Source: Octopus vulgaris (Eukaryota). From it: a stretch of 64,000 bases of DNA. Made by a program: the position numbers and the translations under genes. Location of the stretch: positions 100,192,001-100,256,000 of the forward strand of contig OX597819.1 in the NCBI GenBank assembly GCA_951406725.2, read 5' to 3'. The notes below the pieces were generated by a model, which was not told the origin of the DNA, did not search any database, and saw only the letters and a list, made by a program, of their open reading frames with translations. Positions 12,656 through 28,685 of the stretch are shown here, piece by piece (the stretch's first letter is position 1; each line of letters opens with the position of its first letter).

Positions 12656-13078
12656 TATTCAATAATTTTTGCTTGTATGTTTTGTCCCTCCGCTTTACCT
12701 CATGGTGCGATATGAACATTTAACGTGGTACTATAGTCAGTGTTTCGACTGCTATTTCGGCATGTTGGTGTCTTTTAGACACCCTCATTTTTAATTGTTA
12801 AAAATTTTTTTTACCTTTGTAAGGTATTTCTTTCATGCTGGCCACTTGATAATTTCGACACTTAAATATCGATATTATCCTCATATTTAAATTTATATAA
12901 TTCGTTATTATATTCACTGCGGTGCTTATTTTAACCATATCGTACTTATGCGGTGATTTGGCGGGCGATTCAAACTGGCTGTGTCCATACGTGCATATGT
13001 ATGTATGTACGACGCTCGTATATGTAAGTATATCGTTTGCTGTGCATATATATATCTGTATTGATGTACCCTTGATAT

Positions 13079-13138
13079 ATTCAATTGATGACGGTAAAGC
13101 TTATCTAAAGCAGAACCAGAAATCCTTGGATCTTGAAT
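13079..13138 (+). ncRNA. Type I hammerhead (U3 variant), tandem copy
   Basis: Identical to the 12596 motif; AUC triplet ending at 13132. Confidence 0.78.
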
Positions 13139-13285
13139 TATTCAATAATTTTTGCTTGTATGTTTTGTCCCTCCGCTTTACCTCATGGTGCGATATGAAC
13201 ATTTAACGTGGTACTATAGTCAGTGTTTCGACTGCTATTTCGGCATGTTGGTGTCTTTTAGACACCCTCATTTTTAATTATATAT

Positions 13286-13339
<54 letters not shown>

Positions 13340-13524
13340 CTATCTTTACATATGGGTGTGTCTATATGCATGCATACACGTCCATACATACTTATATCGA
13401 ATTCGATAAAATAAGTACAAGCCATTTATTTGAGGTGTAATCGATTTCCTCTTCGTCTCAGAATCTAATGGCTCTGTGGCAAACATTTGAAACGTTATTA
13501 ATATCATTAATAGTAAGGTGGTGA

Positions 13525-13730
13525 GTGGAGGCACGTAGTTAAGTGGTTAGGGATGTTGGGCTCATGATCGTAAGAATGTGGTTTCGTTTCCTGGATGGGC
13601 GACACGTGTGCTCTCTTGAACAAAACACTTCATTTCACGTAGCTCCAGTCCACTTAGCTGGCGAAAATGAGTAATCCTGCGACAGACCTGTGTCCCGTCC
13701 AGGGAAAGAGAAACCGGCCCCTAATAAGTC
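13525..13730 (+). mobile_element. tRNA-derived SINE (family C)
   Basis: ggaggcacgtagttaagtggttagg...ggtttcgtttcctgg tRNA-like head, followed by the body shared with 1930-2075. Confidence 0.75.
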
Positions 13731-13934
13731 TAAATAATTCGGGAACGAAGAAGTCTGTGAGCCATCGTAAACGTCAGTAGTGTGTTTAAATCCTGCCGAA
13801 ATCTCTTTTGCCTTACATGTTCACAATGTCTACAGAAGAAATACCAGTTGGATACTGTGGTCGATGTTATCAGCAAACCTCCTTACCTAAAACTGCTGCC
13901 GTTGTGCGATGAGGTGGAATAATTCTTACCGCGT

Positions 13935-15160
<1,226 letters not shown>

Positions 15161-16004
15161 AATCATCAGCTGCATTAGTGCAGCAAGAGTATATCTCACA
15201 GTAATATATGTGTTTATGCGTTTTATATTAGAGTGTGCTTTGGGGGATGTTTGCGGGATGCATATACCAATACATATCTATCAACAAATAGACACAGAGC
15301 CTTAGCATGTATATACATTGGCTTCTCCCTATTTTTGTCACGTAAAGATACACAAAAAAAAAGAAAAATAGAATGAGTGAGACAGATGAAGAGAGATATA
15401 GAGAGGAAGTCAAATGCTGAAAGAAAAGTAGAGATAGGTCAGTGCGAAAATGATGAGATATGCATACACCGACAAAGCACAAATGTATGAAATGTTTATA
15501 TACTTACATACATACATATATACATACATACATACATACATACATACATACATACATACATACATACATACATACATACATACATACATACATACATACA
15601 TACATACATGCATACATACATACATATATATATATATATACATATATATGCATATATATATATTTATATGTGTGTGTATGTATGTATGTATGTAAGTATG
15701 TAAGTATGTATGAATCTATATTGTTTGTATGTACTGTTTATATACATACATATAAATATACATATATACATATATATAGAATGAGATATATATATATATA
15801 TATATACACCCACATATATATATATGTACATACATATGACGCATAGATGCATAAATTCATACAAACACACGCACATACACACACACATATACAAAGACTC
15901 AGATATACACATATGCATGCATTTTTCTGTGTTTATATGTGTGTGCATATATATATATATATATACACACATACATATATACATATATACATATATACAT
16001 ATAT

Positions 16005-16141
<137 letters not shown>

Positions 16142-16576
16142 TCACACACATAGAAAAACGCACACACGCACAATTGCATACACATATGTGAAGGAGAGAA
16201 ACACAGAGACAGAGAAACAGACAGACAGACAAGTGAGAGGGGTAAAAGAGACGAAGGGAGAGAGATTGACAATATTCATCACTTCAGCTAAAATGGTCGG
16301 CGTACAGCTGAACGAGTGTTGGTGAATATAGTCTATTCAATCATAAATCATAGCCAATTCCAGGGAGGCACCACTAATCCAATGGTGTAGAACTTTGTTT
16401 AGCGTGGCTGTCCGGAATTGTGATTTCGGTGTGGAATTCTCACGTAACTGGACATCAGGCAGAGTCGCTCTTTCGCTCAATTTCAACTAATTGGACTGGG
16501 CATGACAAAATAGCGTTTGCCATGTTGACTTAGGGTCATTTTATGAAAATCACTATTTACGAATCGTTTATTATAG

Positions 16577-18350
16577 GTGACGTTTAGTGTTGGTAGCGGT
16601 GTTAATGGTGGTGGTTCTGATGGTGGCAGTGTTGGTCGTGGCGATGTCGGTGTGTTGGTCTTGCTGGTGACGATGACGGTGGTGACGGTGTTGATGGTAG
16701 CGGTGATGGTGGTAGCTGTGGTGGTGGTACTTTTGGTGTTGGCGGTGGTTGTCGTGGTGTTGGTGGCGGTGGTGTTGGTATTGGTAGTATTGTTGTAGTC
16801 GTTGGTGGTGGTGATGATATCGATCGTGGTGGTGGTGTTGATTGCGGTGGTGGCGTTGCTGGTCCTGATGTTAGCTGGGGTGGTGGGGCGGTGGTAGTGG
16901 TGATGGTGCTAGTGGTGGCCATGTTAGTCGTGATAGTAGTGGTGATGGTGGTCGTGGTTTTGGTAGTAGTGGTTGTAGCAATTGTCGTGGTTGTGGTATT
17001 GGTAGTGGTGTTGCTCATGGTGGTGATCTTGGTAGTAGTGAGGTTAGTTCTAGCGAATTTTAGTACTTTTGGTATTGGTAGTACTGATCATAGCGTTGCA
17101 GTTGTTGCTGGGTCTAATTTTAATAGTAGTGGTGGTTGTAATGATGGTTGTGGTTGTGGTGGTGGTTATAGTGGTGGAGATCGTGATGGTGGTTATAGTA
17201 GAGGTGGTGGTAGTGATGGTGTTTGCGGAAGTGGTGGTGGTTGTGGTGGTGGTGCTAGTTCTTGCTTTCGTGATGGTGGTGCTATAACTTGTAGTAGTTG
17301 TGGTGGTGTCAGTTATAACAGCGGTGGTGGTTTTAGCTGCTGATAGTAATAGCGGAAGTAATGGTTATTTTGGTGGTGGTGTCATTGGTAGTATTGGTTG
17401 CGATAGTAGTGGTAGTTGTAGTGTTAGTTTTAGTGGGAGTAATGATGGAAGTGGTAGTAATGGCGGCAGTGATAGTGGTGGTGGTGATGGCTGTGATATT
17501 AGTTTTTGCGAATATGGTAGTGGTGGTTGCGGTGACGTTAGTGAATTTATTGGACTTTTTGCTGTAGTTGTTGTAAGAGGAAATAGAAGAGGAGAAAGTT
17601 GCAGACAAAGGAAGGGGAGGAGGAGAAGGAGGAGGAGGGGAGGAGGGGCTTGAAAAGAGATGTGGAGGAGGAGGAGGATGGTGAAGAGAAAGGAGGAAGA
17701 AGAAGAGGAAGCCATGGAAGAGGAAGACGAAAAGGAGGTGGAGGAAGAAGAAGTGGAGGAAAAGTAGGAGGAAGAAGAGCAGGAGGAAGAAGAGCAGGAG
17801 GAAGAAGAGCAGGAGGAAGAGAAGGAGGTGGATGTTGAAGAGAGAGGAGAAAGAAGAAGAAAACGAAGACGAAGTGAAGGGAAGGAAGAGGAGGAGGGGG
17901 AGGCGGAAAGGGAAAGAAGAAAAAGGATTGAAGTGATGGAGAAGGAAACAGAAAAAAGGGGAGAGAAGATGACAGTGGAGGAGAGAGAGAGAATGAGGAA
18001 AGAGGAAGACGAAAAAGGAGAAGAGGTGGCGGTGGTGTCGATGGTTGTTGTCGGTGTTGTTTCCTAATATTCTTATATTTCTTATATTTTCCGTTCCTGT
18101 TGTTATTCGTGGTGGTGGTGGTGGTGGTGGTGGTGGTGGTGGTAGAGATAGAGTTTGGTGTAGTGCTGTCACTGTTGTAGCTGTCGGTGGGGAATGAATT
18201 CCAAATGAATTGCCGTTGGTCATGGTGAAGGTGGTGTTGATAGTACTGGTGAGATGATGCTGATGAGAGTGATAGTGGGGATGGTGGTGGTGATGATGGT
18301 GATGATGATGATGATGATAGTGCTGATCATGGTGGTGGTGGTGGTACAGT
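16577..18350. repeat. Low-complexity (GGT/TAG)n region followed by a GA-rich purine tract
   Basis: Degenerate trinucleotide repeats; ORFs here are poly-V/G/T/R artefacts. Confidence 0.9.
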
Positions 18351-18462
18351 ACGAATTTCTCTTGGCTAAGGCTGTAGGAGGTTTCTCTGCGAGAAGTAGC
18401 TCAGAATAAGAAGAGAGGGAATCAGAGAAAAAGAAAAATTGAGGAAGGAATAGAGAGGAACA

Positions 18463-18514
<52 letters not shown>

Positions 18515-18624
18515 GGGTGGAAGAGAGACAGAAAGAGAGAATTAGAGGAAAAGGATAACTAAGTAGTTGCGATATATATGTATATATATGCCTGTGTGTG
18601 TGTGTGGGTGTGTGCATGTGCGTG

Positions 18625-18693
<69 letters not shown>

Positions 18694-18768
18694 TGAGAGA
18701 AAGATTCAGATATTTATACAAAAGAAACTCATAAATGTATACAAATATATGTTGACACAGACACACAT

Positions 18769-18830
<62 letters not shown>

Positions 18831-18928
18831 GTGTGTGTGTGTTCACGTATATACCTACATATAAATGTATTTATGGGTATTCTTGAGTGCCTATATATAT
18901 ATATATATGGAGAGAGAGAGAGACAGAC

Positions 18929-18992
<64 letters not shown>

Positions 18993-19903
18993 CGATAAAT
19001 ATGTGCGCAAATATATTTGTAATTGTGTGTATGTACGAATGAAAAGTGAAGGGAGAATGAAGATAGAGAAAGAAATAAATAAATAAAGAAGCAAAGAAGG
19101 AAAGAAAGAAAGGAAGAAAGAAAGCGACACTAAGAGAAAAGTGTGGGTATGTATGTGCATATGTGCGCATTTGTGAGTGTATGTATGTGTGTGAAAAGCG
19201 AAGAGGATGAGTAATAAAGAGACATTATTTAGAAGGAAAAAAATTTAATGAAATAATAAACGGAAAAGAAACAAAAAAAGTAAAAAGTATACTAGGAGAG
19301 TGAGTGAAAGAGAGAGGAGAAAGAAAATTGAAAAGGGAGAATGTAATAGAAGAGGAAAGACTAACTCTGTAAATTGCTTGGTCAAAAGTTTCCGCCATTC
19401 TATAACTATTAACGCCAGGCCATATCTAATGGTCAATTGACTACTTGAAAATCTATCCAAGACCAGTACTGACTTAAATAAATGGACTGACATGTCCATA
19501 CATTCCACTTTAGCTCTCGTACATAATATACCTTTTAAATAGATTTGTCTATCTCTCTCTCTGTCTCTGTCTCTCAGCTTCTCTTTCCCCACTTTCACTT
19601 TGGCTTTCTGGATACACATATACATCACACTCATATATATATATATATACATATGTATGCACGTATATGTTTCTATGTATGTATATATATATATACACAT
19701 ATATATACACACACACACACATACATATATTAATCTTTGTTTTTATGTTCGTTTATAAAAATAATTTTACATTAATCTGATGGGTTTACCCTATTCTTTT
19801 GTAGAGTACACCATTTTTATTATTATACAAGCATGTTGTTGACAGTGACCTCGAAGTTTCGTCCAGCTACGTATAGTATATATATATATGTATGTATATA
19901 TAT

Positions 19904-19956
<53 letters not shown>

Positions 19957-20834
19957 GAGAGAGAGGGAGAGAGACATACATATATTTATGTGTATATATA
20001 CAAATGTGCATTTGTATACACGTGTGTCTGTATGTATGTGTGTGATACATATTGCACGCATACAGATTCGGTCTGTATATTTGGTGAATCGAATTTACTA
20101 TTTGTGATTTGAATGGTTATAAGCAAAGTCTGAAGGAATGGACAATAATATTTTGAACTACTTTCCTCTCATAGAGCCGTGTGTAGTTTGCGTACGCAGA
20201 TAAACATCATACAAATCCCAACTCACTAAAACGATTCATAAATCCACCTTCTAATAATGCAGTGTATATGATGACCCTAAAGGTTTTGCTCTGAATCGAT
20301 GAATTTTGTTTCACCAAATCTTTAGCCTTAAAATGATTCCGTTGAAAGCATTCAGGAACTGTTAAATATGCTTATTTTACTGAATAATAAGTGTGAATGC
20401 CGAGAACATTTGAGATCATTCTGTTTCCAACAAGCTGGTAGCATCATGTTTATCGTTTGTCTCAAAGAATGACAGCTGAATGCTGTCAAAAGTAGAACGT
20501 AAATCCAATGCTATTTATTGATGATCTAATAATTCTGTGGAATGCGTATAATACGAGTATTTTGCAGTCACAGTAACAACATGACCTTAGTCTTTTACAA
20601 ATATATAGTTTGTACTCACGCTGTCATAGAATATGGTCACACCATATATTGCTCTTTGTTGGTTCTTTTGTACATGTTTTTTTCCCCTCTAGAGTTTAGT
20701 TTTAGAAAAATCAGCCTTCGTAATGCTAAAATATCGGCTTCACAAGCATTTTTGTTTAGTTTATTATTCATTTTATAAAATTCAGACCGTGTGCCTACAG
20801 CACAAAAATATTACCTCTTTTGCAAAAGCAGAGG

Positions 20835-21280
20835 TCTACAAGAATCACTAGCACGCCGTACAAACTATTTATCGGCATTTCGTCTGTCTTTTGCGTCCTG
20901 AGTTCTAATTCTGCTGAGGTCGACTTTGCCTTTAATCGATTCGGGGTCGATGAAATAGGTACCAATGAAGCACTGGAGACGGTATAAATGACATACACCA
21001 CGCCAAAAAAAAAAAAATGAATAAATAAAATAAAATTCTACGCCTTGTGGCAATAATAGAAAACATTTCTTCCATAAAGACGGCGAGCTCTCAGAATCGT
21101 TAGCATACCGGACAAAATCTTAACAGCATTTCGACTATCTTTCCCTTTGAGCTCAAGTTTAACCGAGTACGACTTCCAGGTCGATGAAATACATACTATT
21201 TGAGCACTAGAGTCGATGAAATCGGCTTACACATCTTCAAAATATCTCAGGCTTTTCCCAATAGTAGAGAAGATTATAAT
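20835..21280. mobile_element. Two degenerate family B SINE copies
   Basis: ctgagttctaattctgctgaggtcgactttgcc and ggcgagctctcagaatcgttagca motifs. Confidence 0.75.
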
Positions 21281-22269
21281 TTCTTTTATATATTTGTGTA
21301 GTTTGCTGTTTACTGTGTCTCCAAATCGAAAACAGTGGGTACGTTCAAAATGCTAGTTAATGAACAGGGTTTCATCTAGCAGCATAAACAAACAAATTCA
21401 GAAATGGAAAAACGTTCTTGCAACCTGTAATCTAATTTCAAGACAATTTAGAGTTGAATATATAAAAAAATACATTACATGGTCCTTAAATAAAGCCTCA
21501 GAAAATATTTTATGCGGTTCGTTGCTCTGCAAACCATCTTGCCGATGCTTATTTATTTTTTTATTTTAAGCTACGCTCATTCTTTCTGCTGAAATATTTT
21601 AAGTTTGTAATACACGTGTTTACAGAGGAAAGTGTTTTAAAAATTATAAAGACGTTTATAATATCTCATCGTTAAAAGCAATGCATCCGTAGCTTATAAA
21701 GTTCTTCATTTATTTTTATTGTTGTGTTTTTGTTGTCAAGTTTATTATTATTACTGTGCATCTTGTTGTTCTTCATTGGCCATCTCAAAACTAAATAGCA
21801 CATCTTGATGTCACAAAAGAGACATCCTAGTTCTCCCTATAACAACTTTGATTCAGATATAATGAATTAAGGAATATAATAACCAATTTATCTTACACAT
21901 TTTACAAAGTATTAACTTGATAAACATTGAGATATGAGAATGTATAGCTGCTTAGTCGAGTAACATGCGTGACCTCAGAGACCACCCCAAGCTATTTCAA
22001 AGTTTATAAGTTTATGATCCATAATCTGACCGCTCTACATGAGCTAAGCACATATTTCATGGAGTTATGCCAAGAGAAAGTATACTGCGGAGATTTGCAT
22101 AATTCAGATAATATAATGGCAGTGATTTAGTAAATATTGTGGGTATACAAACACACACACGCGCACAAACACGTATGTGTGTATGCATGCATGCATGATT
22201 CATTGTAATCTTCCCTTTTCAATCGCAGACATCATCATAGCAATTATATATTCATGAAGTGAAATGAAT

Positions 22270-22353
<84 letters not shown>

Positions 22354-22461
22354 GAGAGAGAGAGATTGAGAGAGACAGAGAGAGAGAGAATTGAGAGATA
22401 AACAGAAAGATAGATAGATAAATAGATAAATATATATATATACAGATTGATAGATAGATAT

Positions 22462-22975
22462 GTTTCTTTATTAGCCATACAGGGGTGCACACAGGCGGGA
22501 CAGATTATAAAGTAGAGCTTTTCTTTATGGGGAGAAAAGAAAAAAAGTGGAGTAGGTTTTCGATCAAAAGGGATCGTAGAAGGGAAAGAAAAAAGGAAAC
22601 AAAAGAAAAAAACGAAAAAGAAAAAAGACAAACGATCGATAGGGATCGTGTATCACAGAAATTTCATGATGTAAACTGTAAAGAGGGAAGCAGATAGGGT
22701 TTATCCGTGGAAAGAAAAAAGCCTATGGAAAAGACCATGGTAACCTCGGTCAATAGTGTCACCTGTTAACACATTTGTTTGCAAGTAGGTAATCCTGTGT
22801 TTTAAATTTTTCAGGGTTCATAGGATTATGCTCAAGGTGGCTTGCTACATTCACCCATCTTTGTTTTAAACATTCGCAAGACAAAACTTGCCTCTCTACT
22901 CTCACCTTCCCTTTCAAGTGATACTTGAAGAAGTTGATGAGAGATTGACCAGAGAACAAGGTGTTTGTCTCCAAT
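22462..22975 (-). mobile_element. 3' fragment of an L1/Tx1-like LINE ending in a (TATC)n tract
   Basis: Homologous to 44232-45069 (SGQSLINFFKYHLK.KVRVERQVLS). Confidence 0.75.
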
Positions 22976-23220
22976 AGATATGTAAAGGTAAGATTCAAGC
23001 ATCAAAATATAAGAAGTTAGTGAGTTTCAACCAATCTGTAGAGGATATAAAAAACATCTTTCAGAAACAACAGTGGTTTATAGGCGCAGAATGTTGTAAA
23101 TTTTTCCCGTATCACAGTACGATAAGCTGGAAAAAGTTAATTTTATAGTAGACGGTTAGCAATAGGGGTCCTTGTATATACGATTACACAACCATCAATT
23201 AAGAGATGGTAGAAATAAAA

Positions 23221-23311
23221 TTGAGGCTACATATGTTTCATAGCTTGCGGAACCACGGAAGTAGCAAATTATCCAAACGAGGGGTAGACCGCAAGCTATT
23301 CTTCAGGTCAA
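23221..23311 (-). ncRNA. Type I hammerhead with 11-bp stem II
   Basis: Minus strand: ttgac-CTGAAGA-ATAGCTTGCGG(38 nt)CCGCAAGCTAT-GAAA-CAT/ATG-TA-gcctcaa; palindromic stem III, GUA triplet, stem I with a 2-nt bulge. Confidence 0.82.
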
Positions 23312-23474
23312 GAGCACCTGGATTATATGAAGTCTGTTTTGTCGTTAGGAGATCCCGTGTTAACTCGCAGGGGATGCGATCAAAATTTCATATATTCAAG
23401 GTATTCGTGGCGTGAAGAGTAGCTTGCAGTCTGCACCGCATTCGGAGAGAGAGAGAGGGAGAGAGAGGGAGAGA

Positions 23475-23517
<43 letters not shown>

Positions 23518-23717
23518 CTTCATAGTGACTAAGAAGTTTCGGCTCACTTCCATTCCTCATATTTTGACGCGGAATAGCTATTCGAATATTGGCACTGAAA
23601 CTTTACTTTGTAAAAGTTTAATATATATGTATACTGCTAAAAGAATTGAGTAATTCTATAATTAAATGCTAAATGACTGATGTATATCTTCACAGGCAGA
23701 CACACACATACACACAC

Positions 23718-23775
<58 letters not shown>

Positions 23776-24189
23776 TGTGTGTGTGTGTGTGTATGTATGT
23801 ATACACACATATAAATATGTATATGTGTCTGTATATGAGCATATACACAGATAAACAAAAATATATGTATTTATATAAGTAGACAGACAGAGAAATAGAT
23901 AGAAAGATAGATAGATAGATTCGAAAGTGTTATTGACAAAGGAGGAATGATTTATATACATACAGAAACAGAAAATTGAAGATGATTATATCGACAAACA
24001 GACGTGAGGAAGCCACAGGGGAGGGCAAAATACAAGAAATAAGCAAAAATGGAACGGATATTTCCACAACAGGTCACGCTCCCAGCAGAAAACTGAAGAT
24101 AAATATTCAAGACAAAGGCAGTACATGTAAAACAAGTAGAAAACATACACATAACAACGGAGAATACGATAAAAATAACAACATCAAGA

Positions 24190-24460
<271 letters not shown>

Positions 24461-24903
24461 TAACCACTACGTCAATAACACTAAACTCAGTAACGATAAT
24501 TAAAATAATGAAAAGTAGAAATTAGTAAAATATAAACTGAAAAAGTATATATCGTCACAAGTTTCCGACATGCCTGTTTAAACAACAGACTATTTAATAT
24601 TACAAATCTTATGGATTTAATTATTTTTCTCGCCGCATACAAAAGAATGACGGAGTAAAATTAGAATTAGTTAAAATAGAATATATGTATAGACGAACAT
24701 ACTCAGGCACATGCACATATAGACACGCGTACGAAACCACACAAAGTATGTGTATCTTGTGAGTCTATGTGTTACGGTGAGTGCATGTGTAAATGAATAT
24801 ATACGTATATGTATATACATACAATAGTATGTACTCATACAAGCATACTTTGACTCACACAATATACGTGTGTGTATGCATGTATGTATGTATGCATATA
24901 TAT

Positions 24904-24955
<52 letters not shown>

Positions 24956-25824
24956 TGACGGCAAAAAAATAGCATTAAAACTACAGGAAATTGAGATCTT
25001 TGTTCTTAAACTGAATAACTTTAAACAAATATTCATATGCGTTCAGCCACAATCAATTAGTAGACTTATGCACCAGTGTATCTGCTTATTCAAAATAAAG
25101 TACATATGCTTGTGTGTGTGTGTGTGTGGGTGTGTGTATTAGGCATTGAATGTACACATGTGTACGCATGCATATAAGTATATCGAACACGTAGATGCTT
25201 GTTCATCATTATATATATATATACACATAAACATACACACATACACATGTAAATATATTTGCCTACACATATAGACATGCATATATATATATATGTATAT
25301 GTATATATATATACATATATATCTTTATATATACATGCATACATACATCTATATGAAATATGGCATATATACCTATAGCATATATATATATATATATAAA
25401 CACATCATATACACACACATGTATGTGTGTAATATATTTTAATTTTAAAATATGTGTATCTGGGCTTTAACACTGTTAAGTGTATATATTTGTGGGTGTG
25501 TGTATGTACGTGCGTGTGTGTATGTATATATATTCACGCATATATGCACGCATGTATTTATTATGTGGTTCTTATCATTGTATGCACATGCATATACATA
25601 TATGTGTATGTGTGTATGCATTCGTTTATGTAGGCAATAGTGTGTATCAATGCGAATAAAAAATTGGTCGGCACCTTGTATTACAACTAAGACTCTGCGC
25701 GCAGTATCGCATGTCAATAAGGTAATTAATTTTTTTTAAATGTTAATAATATTAGCAATAAAATTATAAATTACAATAACAATAATATTCATTCTAACAG
25801 GAAGAATCATTCTGATAAAATTTA

Positions 25825-25833
25825 TAATAGCAA

Positions 25834-25897
<64 letters not shown>

Positions 25898-25916
25898 GAT
25901 AATAATAATAATAATG

Positions 25917-25964
<48 letters not shown>

Positions 25965-25965
25965 T

Positions 25966-26000
<35 letters not shown>

Positions 26001-26035
26001 TGATGATAATAATATAATAATAATTATATAATATG

Positions 26036-26093
<58 letters not shown>

Positions 26094-26105
26094 TGATAAT
26101 AATAA

Positions 26106-26159
<54 letters not shown>

Positions 26160-26175
26160 TGATGATGATATGATG

Positions 26176-26212
<37 letters not shown>

Positions 26213-26309
26213 AATAATGATAATAATGATAATAATATTAATAATAGTAATAATAATAATAACAGTAATAATAATAATAATAATGATAATAATGATAATA
26301 ATATTAATA

Positions 26310-26342
<33 letters not shown>

Positions 26343-26389
26343 GTAATAATAATAATAATAATGATAATAATAATAATAATAATAATAAT

Positions 26390-26422
<33 letters not shown>
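25825..26422. repeat. (ACT)n and long (AAT)n microsatellite
   Basis: Directly visible. Confidence 0.95.
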
Positions 26423-26781
26423 TTCTTCCACCATTAGACTGGTGTTGGAGCAAGTAGGAGGGAACCAAATGTTTTAAACAAAAGATGTAAGACAATAATC
26501 ATTCATACCAAAATAACAATAAGTACATAGAAATTTGACAATTTTCAATTAAAATCGGATAAAATGTTTGTATCCTAACCCGACCACACCAGCATTTTAG
26601 AAATATATGTATTCAAACAATAAGATGCATACATGCTTACTTATGCATACGTATGTGTTCACGCATGCATGTACCTATGTACGCATATATATATATGTAT
26701 ATACATGTATATATACTTACATATATTATATATATTTATATATGTGTGTATCTATCTAACTATATACGTATATGTATATAA

Positions 26782-26829
<48 letters not shown>

Positions 26830-26926
26830 GTATAGATATTCATATACATATGTATATGTATGTATGCATATCTCTCCTCATATATATATATATATACATA
26901 TACACACACATATATGTATGAATGTA

Positions 26927-26995
<69 letters not shown>

Positions 26996-27075
26996 TTGAG
27001 TATAAATATATATGTATATATGAATGTTTATATGTATTTTTTCTGTAGCTATCTCTCACTATATATATATATATA

Positions 27076-27113
<38 letters not shown>

Positions 27114-27340
27114 GATACACACACATAAATGTATATACTCAGCTACATTGTGTGATAAACAAACGTAGACTAATATCTGTACACACTCTGACATTAACTT
27201 ACGCATAAATACATCTCTATATCTCCACATCATGAGACACGCACAGGCGGCATATCCATATATCAATACTTTACTTCATGTATGTGTGTGTACTTGTATG
27301 TATGTATTTGAGTGTGTCTGTGTGAGAGTGTGAGCGTGTG

Positions 27341-27423
<83 letters not shown>

Positions 27424-28348
27424 ATGCTTATGTATAAGTGTTTCTCTGTGTACATATATTACATAACGATATAATTACTTTTATGCATTCATTAACGTCG
27501 GTAATTTCTATACTCTTAGTCTTACTCATACACACATATCTATTCATTGTTTAATCACATGCAGCGATACACACGCACGCACATGCACACACACACACAC
27601 ACACACACATAACGTTACACACGTACAAATAACGTCCCATATTCTGAAACAAACTCACGTATGTACCAATATGCATATTTAAACAAAAATATATATCCTC
27701 GCATTTACGCAATTTCAATTATTAAGAATACATAATAATGTATGATAAAAGAAAAAATATATATACAAAATGCAAACACATTCAACATGCCGCATGCTCT
27801 CACCGCAAAAAAAGATAATGATCTCATTAACACCACCAACACCCATCCTCTAATTAATTTAATTACACGAAATATCTTCAGAAATGTACATGAAATAGTT
27901 GATGATATTTGAGTTCCTTTCATTAATAGCCGCCATTTTGCTTGGTGCATGACATCTTATGAAAGAATACTTCAACAATAACGTGGCGGTATTTTTAATG
28001 ATGAAATACATTATTCCTGGCCCTTTTATCTGAGTCAGTGTGTGTGCTTTATGTGTATACCTATGTGTGGAAGAGAATTGCTAAATATCGGTGCATAAAT
28101 GTGAGTGTATAAGTTTATTTGTAAATTCTTTTTCAGTGAGTGCGGTTGTGTGTGTCTGTACGCGCGTCTCCGTGTGTGTGTGTGTGTGTGTGTGCATGTG
28201 TGTATGTATGTGTATGTGTATGTATCAGTATTTGTGTATGAGTATGTGTGCGGTGTTAGAATAACTGATTAGGCCATTGTCTTAAACGTGTATAAAACAC
28301 ACGCATTTTATACAAAAATATGTGTAAACAGCTATTCATATATGTATG

Positions 28349-28488
<140 letters not shown>

Positions 28489-28650
28489 GGATAAAAATAT
28501 TTTAGTGGGGGGAACACTCGTGGTTGGATATATGCAGAAAGTGAAAAGATGAAAAAACAGATTTATTTTACAGAGTGAAGGAGTCATAATAATAAATATA
28601 TTATACAATTTCGTACAAAATAAGATTTTGTTCTTTCAACATAATTAAAG

Positions 28651-28685
28651 TAATAACCGGTTTCGCATTGCTCATCAAGCTAAGG
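28651..28685 (-). ncRNA. Degenerate minimal hammerhead just downstream of the PLE endonuclease relic
   Basis: Minus strand: TTGATGA-GCA a TGC-GAAA-CC/GG-TT; stem I not pairable. Confidence 0.5.

Larger units (their letters stand above)
12180..13280 (+). mobile_element. Non-autonomous HHR element: ~410-bp inverted arm plus two tandem copies (483-nt period)
   Basis: 12190-12595 is the reverse complement of the unit read at 12961-13280 and 12596-12890; near-identical copies; flanked by (TA)n-rich tracts. Confidence 0.9.

Noticed and set aside
12351-13206. Identical peptides from ORFs 12351..12566 (-) and 12922..13206 (+)
   Set aside because: A by-product of the inverted duplication; the peptide has no recognisable domain.
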